Shown: positions 27,603 through 40,900, counted from the stretch's first letter. The stretch: DNA of 64,000 nucleotides from Octopus vulgaris (GCA_951406725.2 OX597841.1:5518001-5582000), one strand, 5' to 3'. Numbers and translations are program-made. Notes: a model not told the origin generated them from the sequence alone.

Positions 27603-28680
27603 CATCATCATCGTTTAACGTCCGTTTTACATGCTGGCATGGGTTGGACGGTTCGACTGGGGGGGGGGGGTCTGGTAATCCAGGAGGCTGCACCAGACCC
27701 CAATTTGATCTGGCAGTGTTTCTACAGCTGGATGCCTTTCCTGACACCAACCACTCCAAGAGTGTAGTGGGTGCTTTATACATATATATACATCATCATC
27801 GTTTAACGTCTGTTTTCCATGCTGGCATGGGTTGGACGGTTCAACTGGGGTCTGGGAATCCAGGAGGCTGCACCAGGCCCCAATTTGATCTGGCAGTGTT
27901 TCTACAGCTGGATGCCTTTCCTAACGCCAACAACTCCGAGAGTGTAGTGGGAGCTTTTTACGTTCCACCGGCACAGGGGCCAGAGGAGCTTGCATCGATG
28001 GATGATCGGATGGTGTTTTTTGCGTGCCACCGACACGGAAGCTAGTCAAAGCGGCACTGGCATCAGCCACATTCGGATGGTGCTTTTCACGTGCTACCGG
28101 CCCAGGGGTCACAACTACAATTTCCATTTGACTTGATACTGATATTGCTGTTGATGTACTTGACTCAGTAGGTCTCCTTAAGCACGGCAGGTCACCCTAT
28201 GATCCAAGGTACTTTTGAGTGGGCTGGTTATGCAACACCGGTGTAGATTACAGCTGAGGACTCACTTTATTTGCCGGGTCTTCTCAGTCACAGCATACCT
28301 CCAGAGGTCTGGGTCTTTTGTCATTGACTCTTTGAGGCCCAACGTTCGATGGTCATGCTTCACCACCACATCAAATTTTTGTCTTCCTGGGTCTCCCTCT
28401 ACCCCGAATTTCTTCCACTATTTGGGAGTGGCACTTCTTCACACAGCTCTCCTTGTCCATCCGCAGTACATCCACCCCCATTACAGACTTGGTCACCTAG
28501 GTAGCAGAAATTATCAACTACTTCTAGTTTTTCTACCCTGGCATGTGATGGAGTCTGTTTTCTGAGCATGTGGTGTTTATTGCCCGTGCATCTACTGAGC
28601 GTGAAACCTATCTTCCTGGTTAATCTTCCTTTGATGTTGCTGCACATCTTATGTGTCCATAGCGTTCACTGTGTACATCT
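27603..28680 (-). mobile_element. RTE LINE fragments (two tails, 3' UTR, degenerate RT C-terminus)
   Basis: (CAT)n tails at 27603 and ~27790. EKLEVVDNFCYLGDQV matches VDSFRYLGDQV at 58120. Confidence 0.8.
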
Positions 28681-30043
28681 TACAATCTAAAACACCTTAA
28701 ACTTCCAACCTTGCATTGTGAAAATTTATTATACAATATGATATAATGCGTTATATTTGTATGCAAAAGATTCCTGTCTTTTGCAAGGATTTTGTCCAAC
28801 ATCAAAAACTGCTTTCAATCACAGTATTAAAGCTATACGTAGTATTGCTGCTGTACACGCCCTGCGCACATTCATACAAACCTAACCCTAACCGTACTAT
28901 AAAGGTAGAAGTAAATCAGTCTCCAACTCAGTCGCTTTATTTTTTTTTGTTTTACAACATTAACGTCACCAACTGCCGACCCTGAGTAATTACTGTTAAC
29001 ACATGCCTGCTTTATAGACTTTACCAATTGATTCTTCCCAAATATAACAATATTGGTTTCAACACACTCAAAACAAATTCAAAATCTGGAGGAAATTGCT
29101 TTTATTAAAACTATTACAGAGGTAAGTTATCTCAACAGTGTTTAGTTGAGTTAATATAAAACATAGAGTGTGGGAAGGCTCTTATCACACACTGTTATAT
29201 TTCTTTTCCAATGTACATACATTTAATTATAGAAGACGGTGTTTGTTTTTAAATTTTCATAGGAAGAAAGAAATTTGACACTAAACCATATTCCTTCATG
29301 TGGTAAGCAGAAAATAAAAGAGGTTGGCATCATTAAAAGTTCAAACAGCTGTAAAAGATAAAATCAGAAAGAGAGCCAATGATGGGTGGCTTGGTTGTTG
29401 TCATGGGTAAAGTTCACAAAGCTATACTTGTGTGTTTTTAAACTACCATCTCACTTCAGGTGGGTACATAAAATGTTTGTGGTTGTTAAGAAGTTCCACA
29501 TTGATACAGTTACACTTTTATCTGGATACATTTACAATCGCTTAAGTCATGATGTTGAGAGAACGATTTACCACAAATTGGCTTCCGTACCCGTGGCATG
29601 TAAAAGGGCCCCATTCGAGCGTGATCGTTACCAACGTCGCTTCACTGGCACGTGTAAAAAGATTTGAGTGAGGTGATTGGCCCCCTTGCCAATGGCACCT
29701 AAAAAGCACCCACTACACTCTCAGAGTGGTTGGCGTTAGGAAGGGTATCCAGCTGTAGAAACGCTGCCAAATCAGATTGGGGCCTGGTGCAGCCATCTGG
29801 TTCGACAGCCTTCAGTCAAAATTGTCCAACCCATGCTAGCATGGAAAGCAGACGTTAAACGATGACGACGATGATGATCAGTGATGTGGCTTCTATCCTG
29901 TATGAACACGTTTGTGTACTCTTAAATTATTATGTTGAGAAAATGATTTGTTACAAATATCACATCAATATGGCTTCTCTCCTGTATGAGTACGTTTATG
30001 TATTGTTATGCTACTACTTACAGATAATGATTTATTGCAGATA

Positions 30044-31966
30044 TCACTGATATGGGTTCTCACCTGTGTGACTACGCCTGTGTGTCAACAAATTACTACT
30101 TTGAGAGAATGACTTCTTACAAATATCACACTTATATGGCTTCTTTCCTGTATGAATATACTTGTGTGTTTTTAAACTACTAACTTGAGAGAATGATTTA
30201 CCACAAATATCACACTGGTATGGCTTCTCTCCTGTATGAATACGTTTATGAGCAGTCAAACTTCCATTCTGAGAGAAAGATTTATTGCAGATGTCACACT
30301 GGTATGGCTTCTCTCCTGTATGAATACGTTTGTGTGTAGTTAACGCACCACTTCCAGCGAATGATTTACCACAGATATTACAGTGATATGGTTTCTCTCC
30401 TGTGTGAATACGTTTGTGTGTAGTTAACGCACCACTTACAGCGAATGATTTACCACAGATATTACAGTGATATGGTTTCTCTCCTGTATGAATACGTTTG
30501 TGTACTCTTAAATCATGATGTTGAGAAAATGATCTGCTACGAATATCACATTTATATGGTTTCTCTCCTGAATGAATACGTTTATGTGATGTTAAGCTAC
30601 AACGTACGGAGAATGATTTACCACAGATATCACACCGATATGGTTTCTCTCCTGTATGAATACGTTTATGCACCGCTAAGTTACTACTTAAAGAGAATGA
30701 TTTACCACAGATATCACACCGATATGGCTTCTCACCTGTGTGACTACGCTTGTGTGTCATTACACTACTACTGTTAAAAAATGACTTCTTACAAATATCA
30801 CACTGAAACGGCTTCTTTCCTGTATGAATACGCTTGTGTGCACTTAAACTACTAATTTGAGAGAATGACTTCTTACAAATATCACACTGGTATGGCTTCT
30901 CTCCTGTATGAATACGTTTGTGTATACTTAATGCACTACTTGCAGTGAATGATTTACCACAGATAATACACTGATATGGCTTCTCTCCTGTATGAATATA
31001 TTTATGTACTTTTAAGGCATTATTTCCACAGAATGATTTACCACAGATATCACAGTTATATGGCTTCTCTCTTGTGTAAATACATTTATGTACTTTTAAG
31101 GAATTACTTCCACAGAATGATTTACCACAGATATTACAGTGATATGGTTTCTCTCCTGTATGAATACATTTGTGTTTTCGTAAGTTAGAACCTGCAGTGA
31201 ATGCTTTACCACAGATATTACACTGATATGGTTTTTCTCCTGTATGTAGACGCTTGTGTATAGTGAAGCATTCAAGTCGAGAAAATGATTTACTACAGAT
31301 ATCACACTGATATGGCTTCTCTCCTGTATGAATCAGTTTGTGTTTAGTTAAAGAATTATTTCTGGTGAAAGATATACCACAAATGTCACAATGAAATGGT
31401 TTCTCTCCTGTATGAATACGTTTATGTACAGTTAGGCTTCCATTCGCAGAGAATGATTTACCACAGATATTACAGTGATATGGCTTCTCACCTGTATGTA
31501 TACGTTGGTGAGATTTAAATGGAGTGATGCCAGAGTATGATTTACCACAGATATTACAGCAATACGGATTCTCTCCTGTATGAATTCGCTTGTGGAAATA
31601 TAAAGCACTCCCTCCAGAGAATGATTTACCACAGATATCACAATGATATGGCTTCTCTCCTGTATGAGTACGTCTGTGTGTAGTTAGGTTTCCATTCTGA
31701 GAGAAGGATTTGCCACAGATATCACATCTATATGGCTTCTCTCCTGTATGAACTCGACGGTGAGATGTTAAGTTAGCACGTATAGAGAATGATTTCCCAC
31801 AGATATTGCAGCAATATTGTTTCTTCCCTGTATGATTACGCCTATGTTTAATCAGGTTACGTTTCTGGGAGAACAGCTTTTCACAGCTATTAAATTCACT
31901 TGATGGTTTTCCTGTATTTTTAGGCATGTCTTTTCTCAATCTCTCGAGTTTTTGACGTTTTTGCAT
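30044..31966 (-). CDS. Poly-C2H2 zinc-finger protein ZNF4 (~21 fingers, two degenerate)
   Basis: Acceptor at ~32001 puts the ORF-track ATG (32020) in the intron; likely ATG is 31966 or 31927 (MPKNTGKP). Ends at a short deletion creating TGA. Putative intron 32001-41804. Confidence 0.88.
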   Translation of the reverse strand: MQKRQKLERLRKDMPKNTGKPSSEFNSCEKLFSQKRNLIKHRRNHTGKKQYCCNICGKSFSIRANLTSHRRVHTGEKPYRCDICGKSFSQNGNLTTHRRTHTGEKPYHCDICGKSFSGGSALYFHKRIHTGENPYCCNICGKSYSGITPFKSHQRIHTGEKPYHCNICGKSFSANGSLTVHKRIHTGEKPFHCDICGISFTRNNSLTKHKLIHTGEKPYQCDICSKSFSRLECFTIHKRLHTGEKPYQCNICGKAFTAGSNLRKHKCIHTGEKPYHCNICGKSFCGSNSLKVHKCIYTREKPYNCDICGKSFCGNNALKVHKYIHTGEKPYQCIICGKSFTASSALSIHKRIHTGEKPYQCDICKKSFSQISSLSAHKRIHTGKKPFQCDICKKSFFNSSSVMTHKRSHTGEKPYRCDICGKSFSLSSNLAVHKRIHTGEKPYRCDICGKSFSVRCSLTSHKRIHSGEKPYKCDIRSRSFSQHHDLRVHKRIHTGEKPYHCNICGKSFAVSGALTTHKRIHTGEKPYHCNICGKSFAGSGALTTHKRIHTGEKPYQCDICNKSFSQNGSLTAHKRIHTGEKPYQCDICGKSFSQVSSLKTHKYIHTGKKPYKCDICKKSFSQSSNLLTHRRSHTGENPYQ

Positions 31967-32219
31967 TATTTTTCTTCTCAAAAAAAAAAAACAAAATATT
32001 CTGAAATAACGAAGAAACATCAGTTTAAAATACAGAGGCTAATTGAAAATCAGAGATTTAATAGCGGAATATTTATAACATTTCTATAGAGATTAATTGC
32101 ACGAACAAATATTTACTTTAACGACTGAACATTTTAATTTACTAAAATTTACGTAACAGAAGCATACACATTTGTAAACTAGAGCTACACCTTCACATTG
32201 TGCTAAAATATTATATATA

Positions 32220-32733
32220 TCTCTATATATAAAACTGTAGTTGTGTGAGTGTCTGTCCCCTTCGATTTAGATTCCTAACTACTCCCACATTTTGCGATGC
32301 AGTTTAACCAAATTCGGGTATCTTATAGTCGTGATTCATATCGAGCCCGTCTGAGTATTAGCGTGTGTCTACGATGAGTCTACGATTTTTAAAATAATTT
32401 AACATAATTTCTTATTCCATTTTAATGCATAATTTTTCGTGTGTCGATGGCGGCGGAGTTGGCGTCCATGGTCACACCTGCACCTGTTTGCTTCTCCCCC
32501 TTCTTCCCTCCCTCGTGAAGCTGTGGGGGAAGGGAGTGTAAGGAAATCAACGTCGTAATGCGTTGTCAAGGAGACCAGCGTTCTTTTAGAACAACGACTT
32601 CATGGCTTGAAGACACCAAAACAGAAATGGCTAAGAAAGCCCAAATTGGCATCTATAAGGGAAGTAACTCTCTAAAAATGCTTATATAGTTATTTCCCTT
32701 ACAAACCCGAGCAACGCCGGGCGATACTGCTAG
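32220..32733 (+). mobile_element. Non-autonomous Helitron, complete
   Basis: 5' TC, subterminal hairpin CCCGAGCAACGCCGGG, 3' CTAG. Inserted between A and T without TSD; the joined flanks reproduce the paralog at ~24368-24390. Confidence 0.92.
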
Positions 32734-33010
32734 TTAAACTATAAAATAGTAGACGATAACACTCCGTCTCTCCAAAATTATAATTGGACATGGTTATTCA
32801 GCCCCAGGTCAGCACAAGTGCTTTTTATGTGGTGCAAGTACAAGTGTTCTTTATGTGGCACCAGCATTTGTGGCATAACACTCTGTCATGTATTACACAT
32901 CCAGTGGATCATACTAGCTTCATTTCTTTCAAGCCTACGCATGTCCTCAGCATTCCTGGCCCATGTTTCACTGCCATGTAGCATGTCAGTTCACACACAT
33001 GCATCATACA

Positions 33011-33243
33011 TATTTCTTTATTACCCACAAGGGGCTAAACATAGAGGGGGACAAACATGACAGACATAGGTATTAAGTCGATCACATCGACCCCAGTGCG
33101 TAACTGGTACTTTAATTTATCGACCCCGAAAGGATGAAAGGCAAAGTCGACCTCGGCGGAATTTGAACTCAGAACGTAACGGCAGACGAAATACCGCAAA
33201 GCATTTCGCCCGGCGTGCTAACGTTTCTGCCAGCTCGCCGCCT
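33011..33243 (-). mobile_element. SINE-B monomer inside an RTE fragment (RT remnant to ~33550)
   Basis: TSD TGCATCATACA. Flank encodes LVVNSFCYLGNQI...RVRIAWAKFREL. Confidence 0.85.
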
Positions 33244-33639
33244 TGCATCATACAGTCTACCTTTCACCCTGAGCGAGAGGCCTTTAGTCACCAGCAGAGG
33301 TATGAGCTCCCTGAACTTTGCCCAAGCTATTCTCACCCTAGTCGCTACACTCTCAGAGCAACCACCCCTACTACAGATTTGGTTGCCTAGGTAGCAGAAG
33401 CTATTAACGACTAGTTTCTTCCCCTGGCATGTGATGGAATCTGTTTTCTGTACTTCTTCAGTGTATCTGCCACACACAAAAAACCATTTTCCCGGTTAAC
33501 CTTCCTTTGATATTGCTGCACCTTTTATGTGTCCATAGTTTACACCGGGTACATCAGTTTTCAAATTTTATTCTGCAATCTGGGATTATCGCATGTATTA
33601 TATCCAGTGGATTTATAATGTAGGAAAAAGATATTTTTG

Positions 33640-34636
33640 GGATCTTTTCGGTTTGAACGGCAGTTTGTAACACAATTTCTAGGCAACTAAAAATTTTTAA
33701 ACTTCGTATACTGGTAGAATGTATAGCTATGGTAAGACCTCACCTGGAATTTGCATCACCGGTCTGGAACCCCTATCTTGCCCAGGACATCAATCGTCTG
33801 GAAGCTGTTCAGCGACGTGCAACCAAAAGAATACCCTCCATCAGGCATTTGCCATATCCTGAACGCCTTACTTCCCTGGGCATGGATACATTGAAACTCC
33901 GACGTCTGGCAGCTGACTTGGCAGACACCCATAAAATTATCAACCATCGCACAAACAATAACTCTGAGCACCTTTTCAAACTCCACTCGTCTAACACCCG
34001 TGGACATATTTACAAAGTCAGAAAACAGCACAGCTCCCATGACTTCAGGAAACATTTTTTCACGCTGAGAGTTGCTGAAGCATGGAACAAACTGCCGGCA
34101 TCAGTTGTTAGTTGTCGGAGCACTGCATCCTTCAAAACTTCCATGCTTCCTGAGATTCGCCAACACTACACCTGATTTCCTCCTCTCCATACACACACAA
34201 ACATGTTCACTTTCCAGACATTTCTACACTACTGCATGTACTTTATATGCACTTTCTGACAAGTTGTGGTGCACCTGAGCACTGTATACAATAATTTCAT
34301 TATTATTATAAAACATCTTTTCCTCTTGGCTTTCTTGAGAAAATTCTATAGTTTGTAAGATATTTGGTCTTTAATTTTTTGCATTTCGGCAATTTCAACC
34401 AATCAATGACCGTCTATTGAGGTGAAAACATTCTGTGCCGCATGAATATGTCCCTCGTTTAAGAAACAGATCGGGTTTATTTACATTTGTGAAGAAAAAA
34501 AAAGATATCCTCCCCACCCCACCCCTAATCCTAAAACAGATTGAAATGCAATAGATCGATACTAGGGTCATAATTATGGGTGACAATTTCATTTTGACAC
34601 CGCTAGAAAAAACTGCCGTTCAAACCGAAAAGATCC
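33640..34636. mobile_element. GG...CC TIR MITE with perfect 8-bp TSD, carrying a nested LINE fragment
   Basis: TIR GGATCTTTTCGGTTTGAACGGCAGTTT. TSD TATTTTTG at 33632-33639 and 34637-34644. Confidence 0.88.
33723..34309 (+). mobile_element. CR1/L2-group LINE 3' fragment
   Basis: ORF 33729-34175 (RPHLEFASPVWNP...LEAVQRRATK...RGH...FFTLRVAEAWNKLP) is typical of the CR1-group ORF2 C-terminus. Short (ATT)n tail. Confidence 0.85.
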
Positions 34637-34684
34637 TATTTTTGTTTTAATATTATACTTTTACTTCGTTTCACACATACAATA

Positions 34685-35095
34685 GGCGCAGGAGTGGCTG
34701 TGTGGTAAGTAGCTTGCTAACCAACCACATGGTTCCGGGTTCAGTCCCACTGCGTGGTATCTTGGGCAAGTGTCTTCTGCTATAGCCCCGGGCCGACCAA
34801 TGCCTTGTGAGTGGTTTTGGTAGACGGAAACTGAGAGAAGCCTGTCGTATATATATATATATATGTATGCATGTGTGTGTTTGTGTGCCTGTGTTTGTGC
34901 CCTCTAGCATTGCTTGACAACCGATGCTGGTGTGTTTACGTCCCCGTCACTTAGTGGTTCGGCAAAAGAGACCGATATAATAAGTACTGGGGCTTACAAA
35001 AAGAATAAGTCCCGGGGTCGATTTGCTCGACTAAAGGCGGTGCTCCAGCATGGCCGCAGTCAAATGACTGAAACAAGTAAAAGAGTAAAAGAGTA
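34685..35095 (+). mobile_element. SINE-A, full length
   Basis: A box GTGGCTGTGTGG, B box GGTTCAGTCCC, tail AAAAGAGTAAAAGAGTA. Confidence 0.9.
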
Positions 35096-35289
35096 TACAT
35101 GCAAAATCTCTTAACGTATTTTTTTTTTAGACGACTTCATCGTTCGTTATCTCCACACCCTTTGTTACCACAAACTTCTATAATATTTGCAGTTTCACTT
35201 ATTCATTTCAAACTTCTTTGAATTTTCAATCTAATGTAATTCACACTCTCTCGAAAAGGTATTTCTGCAAAATGTTATCTAAAATTACT

Positions 35290-35576
35290 TATCAACCACC
35301 TCACCAACAACAACACTGAACACTTTTTTGATCTCCATGTGTCTAACACACGTGGACATGCCTACAAAGTCAGAAAACAGCACAGCTCCCATGACTTTCG
35401 GAAACATTTCTTCACGCTCAGAGTTGCTGAAGCATGGAATAAACTGCCTGCGTCAGTTGTTGACTGCCATGACACTGCATCCTTTAAGGCCCTCATGCTT
35501 TCCGAAATCCGTCGAAACTACACCTGATTATATATACACTTTAGATGAGTTGTAGTGCACCTGAGCACTGTACACA

Positions 35577-35617
<41 letters not shown>
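35290..35617 (+). mobile_element. CR1-group LINE 3' fragment with long (ATT)n tail
   Basis: Homologous to 33940-34309. Confidence 0.85.
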
Positions 35618-36152
35618 GGGTAAAAGGAAATAGCAAAAAAGATTTGAAAATGAAGCTGGGGTGAAATTTCCGAGAGGACACCTCACCCCATCCGGTTTTC
35701 GGGCCCCCCAAAAGGGGTTTTGTAGCATAGGTAACCGGAATTCATTCAACGTAAAAAAGAAAAAAAGAAAAAAAATCCAATGATTCCGGGATATGAGTCC
35801 GGTTTCCCACTTCCCTATTTTTCCGAACAAAAATAAGGGGTTTGCAGCATATTAGGAGGTCAGGTTATTTGATTCCATTAAGCAAAAAAACTCGAGTTTT
35901 TTGGCTTAATGGAAATCGTGCGGGTGAAAAGATCAATGGCGGGGGGGGAGGGTGAAATTTCCGAGGCTTCCAGCTCACGCCACCCCGTTTTTCGGACCGC
36001 AAAAAGGGATTTTGTAGCATATTAGGACGTCACCGAAATTCATTCAACGACAAAGAAAAATTTCCAATGATTCCGGGATAGGTGGGGGGGGGGTCCGGAA
36101 ACCGTCCCCCCCCCACTTCCTTTCCGAACAAAAACAAGGAGTTTGCAGCATA

Positions 36153-36315
36153 GGCGCAGGAGTGGTTGTGTGGTAAGTAGCTTGCTAACCAACCACATGG
36201 TTCCGGGTTCGGTCCCACTGCGCGGCATCTTGGGCAAGTCTCTTCTGCTATAAGCTCGGGCCGACCAACGCCTTGTGAGTGGATTTGGTAGACGGAAACT
36301 GAAAGAAGCCTGTCG

Positions 36316-36348
<33 letters not shown>

Positions 36349-36566
36349 TTGTGTGTTTGTGTGTCTGTGTTTGTCCCCCTAGCATTGCTTGACAACCGAT
36401 GCTGGTGTGTTTACGACCCCGTCAACTAGCGGTTCGGCAAAAGAGACCGATAGAATAAGTACTGGGCTTACAAAGAATAAGTCCCGGGGTCGAGTTGCTC
36501 GACTAAAGGCGGTGCTCCAGCATGGCCGCAGTCAAATGACTGAAACAAGTAAAAGAGTAAAAGAGT
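36153..36566 (+). mobile_element. SINE-A, full length
   Basis: Same structure as other copies. Confidence 0.9.
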
Positions 36567-36837
36567 ATATTAGGAGGTTACGCAAAAAAATCCTAGTTTT
36601 TTTTTTTCTTAGTGAAAATCGTGCGGGTGGAAGAATCAAATAACACCACGTATATTGTTGTGTCTAGGGAGAGTCATTTTCATTTTGTGCCTTATAATTT
36701 AACACACACACACACCAGTAAAATTTCCACTTATTTCTTATTTTATTCTCCTAAAGTTTTCGTTGCGTCTTGCAACCTTTTCAAGTCTTGACTCTGTCCG
36801 TTATTTACACTGCGTTCCTTTTTGTTAGTTTGTGCGC

Positions 36838-36877
<40 letters not shown>

Positions 36878-37260
36878 ATGTATGTATGCATGTATGTATG
36901 TATGTATGTATGCATGTATGTATGCATGTGTGTATGTATGTATGTATGTATGTATGTATGTATGTATGTATGCATATATGTATGCATGTGTGTATGTATG
37001 TATGTATGTATGTATGTATGTGTGTATGTATGTATGTAAGTATGTATGTATGTATGTATGTAAGTATGTATGTATGTATGTATGTATGTAAGTATGTATG
37101 TATGTATGTATGTGTGTATGTATGTAAGTATGTATGTATGTATGTATGTATGTAAGTATGTATGTATGTATGTATGTATGTATGTATGTATGTATGTATG
37201 CATGTATGTATGCATGTGTGTATGTATGTATGTATGTATGTGTGTATGTATGTATGTAAG

Positions 37261-37291
<31 letters not shown>

Positions 37292-37858
37292 GTATGTATG
37301 TATGTATGTATGTGTGTATGTATGTAAGTATGTATGTATGTATCTATGTATGTATGTAAGTATGTATGTATGTAAGTATGTATGTATGTATGTGTGTATG
37401 TATGTAAGTATGTATGTATGTATGTATGTATGTATGTATGTATGTATGTATGTATGTATGTATGTATGTATGTATGTATGTATGTATGTATGTATGTATG
37501 TATGTATGTATGTATGTATGTATGTATGTATGTATGTTTGTATGTGTGTGTGTATGTATGTATGTATGTATGTATGTATGTATGTTTGTATGTGTGTGTG
37601 TGTATGTATGTATGTATGTATGTATGTATGTATGTATGTATATATGTTTGTATGTTTGTATGTTTGTATGTGTGTGTGTATGTATGTATGTATAAATGTA
37701 TGTATGTATGTATGTATGTATGTATGTATGTATGTGTGTGTGTATGTATGTCTATATGTATGTATGTATGTATGTATGCATGTATGTATGTATGTGTGTG
37801 TATGTATGTATGCATGCATGCATGCATGTATGTATGTATGTGTGTGTGTATGTATGTC

Positions 37859-37890
<32 letters not shown>

Positions 37891-38085
37891 TGTATGTATG
37901 TATGTGTGTGTGTATGTATGTATGTATATATATATGTATATGTGTGTATGTACGTATGTATATATGTATATATGTATGTGTGTATGCACGTATGTATGTG
38001 TGTATGTATGTATGTATGTATGTATGTATGTGTGTGTATATATATATGTGTGTATGCATATGTATATATGTATGTATGTGTGTGC
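36838..38085. repeat. ~1.2-kb degenerate (TATG)n microsatellite
   Basis: Direct reading. It accounts for all the YVCM/HTYI pseudo-ORFs. Confidence 0.97.
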
Positions 38086-38164
38086 ATCTGTATATATGTA
38101 TTCTGCATATTCATGTGCTTGCGTGCCCGTGTTTGTGCATTTTCTATGTATGGTACATAGTTGC

Positions 38165-38214
<50 letters not shown>

Positions 38215-38316
38215 GACATGCACACACAAGGAGACAGAGGTGCATACATATACAAACACATGCTCACCCACACCCACTTTCTATAAATAGAAAATTCACA
38301 AGCACGGACATGCAAG

Positions 38317-38949
38317 GGATCTTTTCCTTTTGGTGGCCAGATTTCAACACAGTTTCTAGTTAACTAAACACTTTGAAACTTCGTATACTGGTAGAATGTG
38401 TCAAAAGAAAACATTATTTTCACTTGGCTATTTTGATAAATTTGTAATTCGTTTGTTTAACGTAGTTTAATTTTTCGAATTTTAACCAATCCTATCGCCT
38501 CTATTGAGCTGAAATCATTTGCTGCTTTATCGATATCTTTATATATAAAAGTAAAGTTGTGTGTCTGTCTCCTACGATTTAGATTCCTAACTACTCCCAC
38601 ATTTTGCGGTGCTGTTTAACCCAAACCGGGTATCTTATAGTCGTGATTCATATCGAGCCCTTCTGGGTATTAGCGCGCGTCTACGATTTAAAAAATAATT
38701 TACCATCATTTTTCCCCATTTTAATGCATTTTTCGCTATTATATAAGGGAAGTAACTCTCTAAAAATGTCTACGATGAGTCAACGAGTTTTAAAAAAATT
38801 TACCATCATTTTTTTTTTCCATTTTTAATGCATTTTTTTGCTACTTTTTGGCTATAACTCTCTAAAAATGCTTATATAGTTATTTCCCTTACAAACCTGA
38901 GCAACGCCGGGCGATACTGCTAGTTGATAAACAAACGAGGAAAAGATCC
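38317..38949. mobile_element. GG...CC TIR MITE with perfect 8-bp TSD, hosting a Helitron
   Basis: GGATCTTTTCCT / AGGAAAAGATCC; TSD CATGCAAG. Interior resembles the 33640 element. Confidence 0.85.
38536..38923 (+). mobile_element. Non-autonomous Helitron
   Basis: A|TC start, hairpin, CTAG|T end; homologous to 32220-32733. Confidence 0.88.
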
Positions 38950-39190
38950 CATGCAAGCAGATAAATATGCAGAATACATACAGATGCACACACATACATA
39001 CATACACATATATGCATACACACACATACATACGTACATGCATGCATGTATAGGCACACACACACGCACACGCACACAAACAAACAAAAAAGGAACGCAG
39101 TGTAAATAACGGTCAGTCAAGACTTTAAAAGGTTGCAAGACGCAACGAAAATTTTAGGAGAATAAAATAATAAGAAGTGGAAATTTTACC

Positions 39191-39542
39191 GGCGCAGGAG
39201 TGGCTGTGTGGTAAGTAGCTTGTTTACCAACCACATGGTTCCGGGTTCAGTCCCACTGCGTGGTACCTTGGGCAAGTGTCTTCTACTATAGCCTCGGGCT
39301 GACCAAAGCCTTGCGAGTGGATTTGGTAGACGGAAACTGAAAGAAGCCCGTCGCATATATATATATAAATATATATAGGCGCAGGAGTGGCTGTGTGGTA
39401 AGTAGCTTGTTTACCAACCACATAGTTCCGAGTTCAGTCCCACTGCGTGGTGCCTTGGGCAAGTGTCTTCTACTATAGCCTCGGGCCGACCAAAGCCTTG
39501 CGAGTGGATTTGGTAGACGGAAACTGAAAGAAGCCCTTCGTA

Positions 39543-39605
<63 letters not shown>

Positions 39606-39817
39606 TTGTGCGTCTGTGTTTGTCCCCCTAGCATTGCTTGACAACCGATGCTGGTGTGTTTATGTCCCCGTTACTTAGCGGTTCGGCAAAATAGACCGAT
39701 AGAATAAGTACTGGGCTTAGAAAAGAATAAGTCCTGGGGTCGAGTCGCCCGATTAAAGGCGGTGCTCCAGCATGGTCGCAGTCAAATGACTGAAACAAGT
39801 AAAAGAGTAAGGAGAGT
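39191..39817 (+). mobile_element. SINE-A with duplicated head (39191-39377, then full copy from 39378)
   Basis: Two consecutive heads joined at the (TA)n tract. Confidence 0.9.
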
Positions 39818-39965
39818 AAAGTGTGTTACATTATAAGGCACAAAAAGAAAATGACTCTCCCCAGACACAACAGAATATGCTTCAATACACGAACTCATAT
39901 AAAGAATCTTGCAAACCAAATCCAAAAACGAAATACCAAATATATTTTCAGAAAAAAAAAAAAAA

Positions 39966-40399
39966 GGCAATCTTTCGTCTCTAGTAGACCTTTCCGTCGA
40001 TTTCCGTAAAAAAAATTTTTTTTTTTTACATATGGGCTTGCGGTAACTTTTCAAGTAATGAGAGCGAAAGAGACTAAGAGAAAGCGATTGTATGACGAGG
40101 GAAGTTCTTTTGAAGTTACCGTGCATGGGGGCATTGATGGACATGTGTGTGTGTGTGTGTGTGTGTGTGTTTGATGGGGTGTGGGAGACAGACAGTATGT
40201 TGTGTAAGTGAAGTGCTTCTGTTAGTGTGTGTGAAGAGACAGAGTAATGTGTGAAAGAAAGAGATAACTGAAATTTTTTACTCGGTGTATGTGTATATGT
40301 ATGTATATTACTTCAAAAGTTCCCGCAAGCCCATATGTAAAAAAAAAAAAAAATTTTACGGAAATCGACGGAAAGGTCTACTAGAGACGAAAGATCGCC
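39966..40399. mobile_element. GG...CC long-TIR MITE in a poly-A site
   Basis: ~85-bp TIR starting GGCAATCTTTCGTCTCTAGTAGACC and ending GGTCTACTAGAGACGAAAGATCGCC; A-tracts on both sides. Confidence 0.85.
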
Positions 40400-40573
40400 A
40401 AAAAAAAAAAAATGCATTTTTCAAGGAGAGGTGTGAAACTGCTCGTTTTCTGCTTGGAAATTTACAGATTTTACATACAGATATGAAGCAAGTAAGAACA
40501 TATATGCAAGGTTTTTTTGGGTTTTTTTTTTCGTCTAAGTTTAAAATGCGACATTGTTTCAAACACATAAATA

Positions 40574-40723
40574 TAAGGTTGTCCCAAAAGTTCGTAGAAA
40601 GTCTTGGAAAATAATGGTCTTTATTTTGAGGAATAATTTTTGTTATTTTTGTTGTTTTTGTTAGTTCTTGGCGAGTAAAAATTCAATTTTCGCAAGTGTT
40701 TACGAACTTTTGGGACAACCTAA
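40574..40723. mobile_element. Tc1/mariner-type MITE
   Basis: TA|TAAGGTTGTCCCAAAAGTTCGTA...TACGAACTTTTGGGACAACCTAA|TA. Confidence 0.8.
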
Positions 40724-40900
40724 TAACACATAAAAAGCAGAAGCAGACGCACAAAATATTTCTCAAACTAAATCACACAACGAACTAACAAGGCAACAAC
40801 GGACAGTTAACAAAGTAGGTTTCATAGCAAGAAAAGCAGCCAAATCACGCACATATCAGACATTCTTCATCAATAAAAGTTATGTGACAAAGAATCGATG

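Noticed and set aside
31967-32020. N-terminal extension [13 protein letters not shown] of ZNF4
   Set aside because: It spans the conserved TTTCAG acceptor, so the ATG is probably intronic.
34685-34760. tRNA genes
   Set aside because: The A/B-box heads continue into SINE bodies with tails and TSDs; no clean cloverleaf with a terminator.
36743-38315. Long His/Thr/Tyr/Ile or Met/Tyr/Val/Cys ORFs (up to 438 aa)
   Set aside because: These are translations of (TATG)n, which lacks stops in several frames.
39120-39160. Hammerhead variant (T[T/G]AAAAG-GTTGC..GCAAC-GAAA), also near 12520 and 36770
   Set aside because: The core is not CUGANGA and I could not form stem I.
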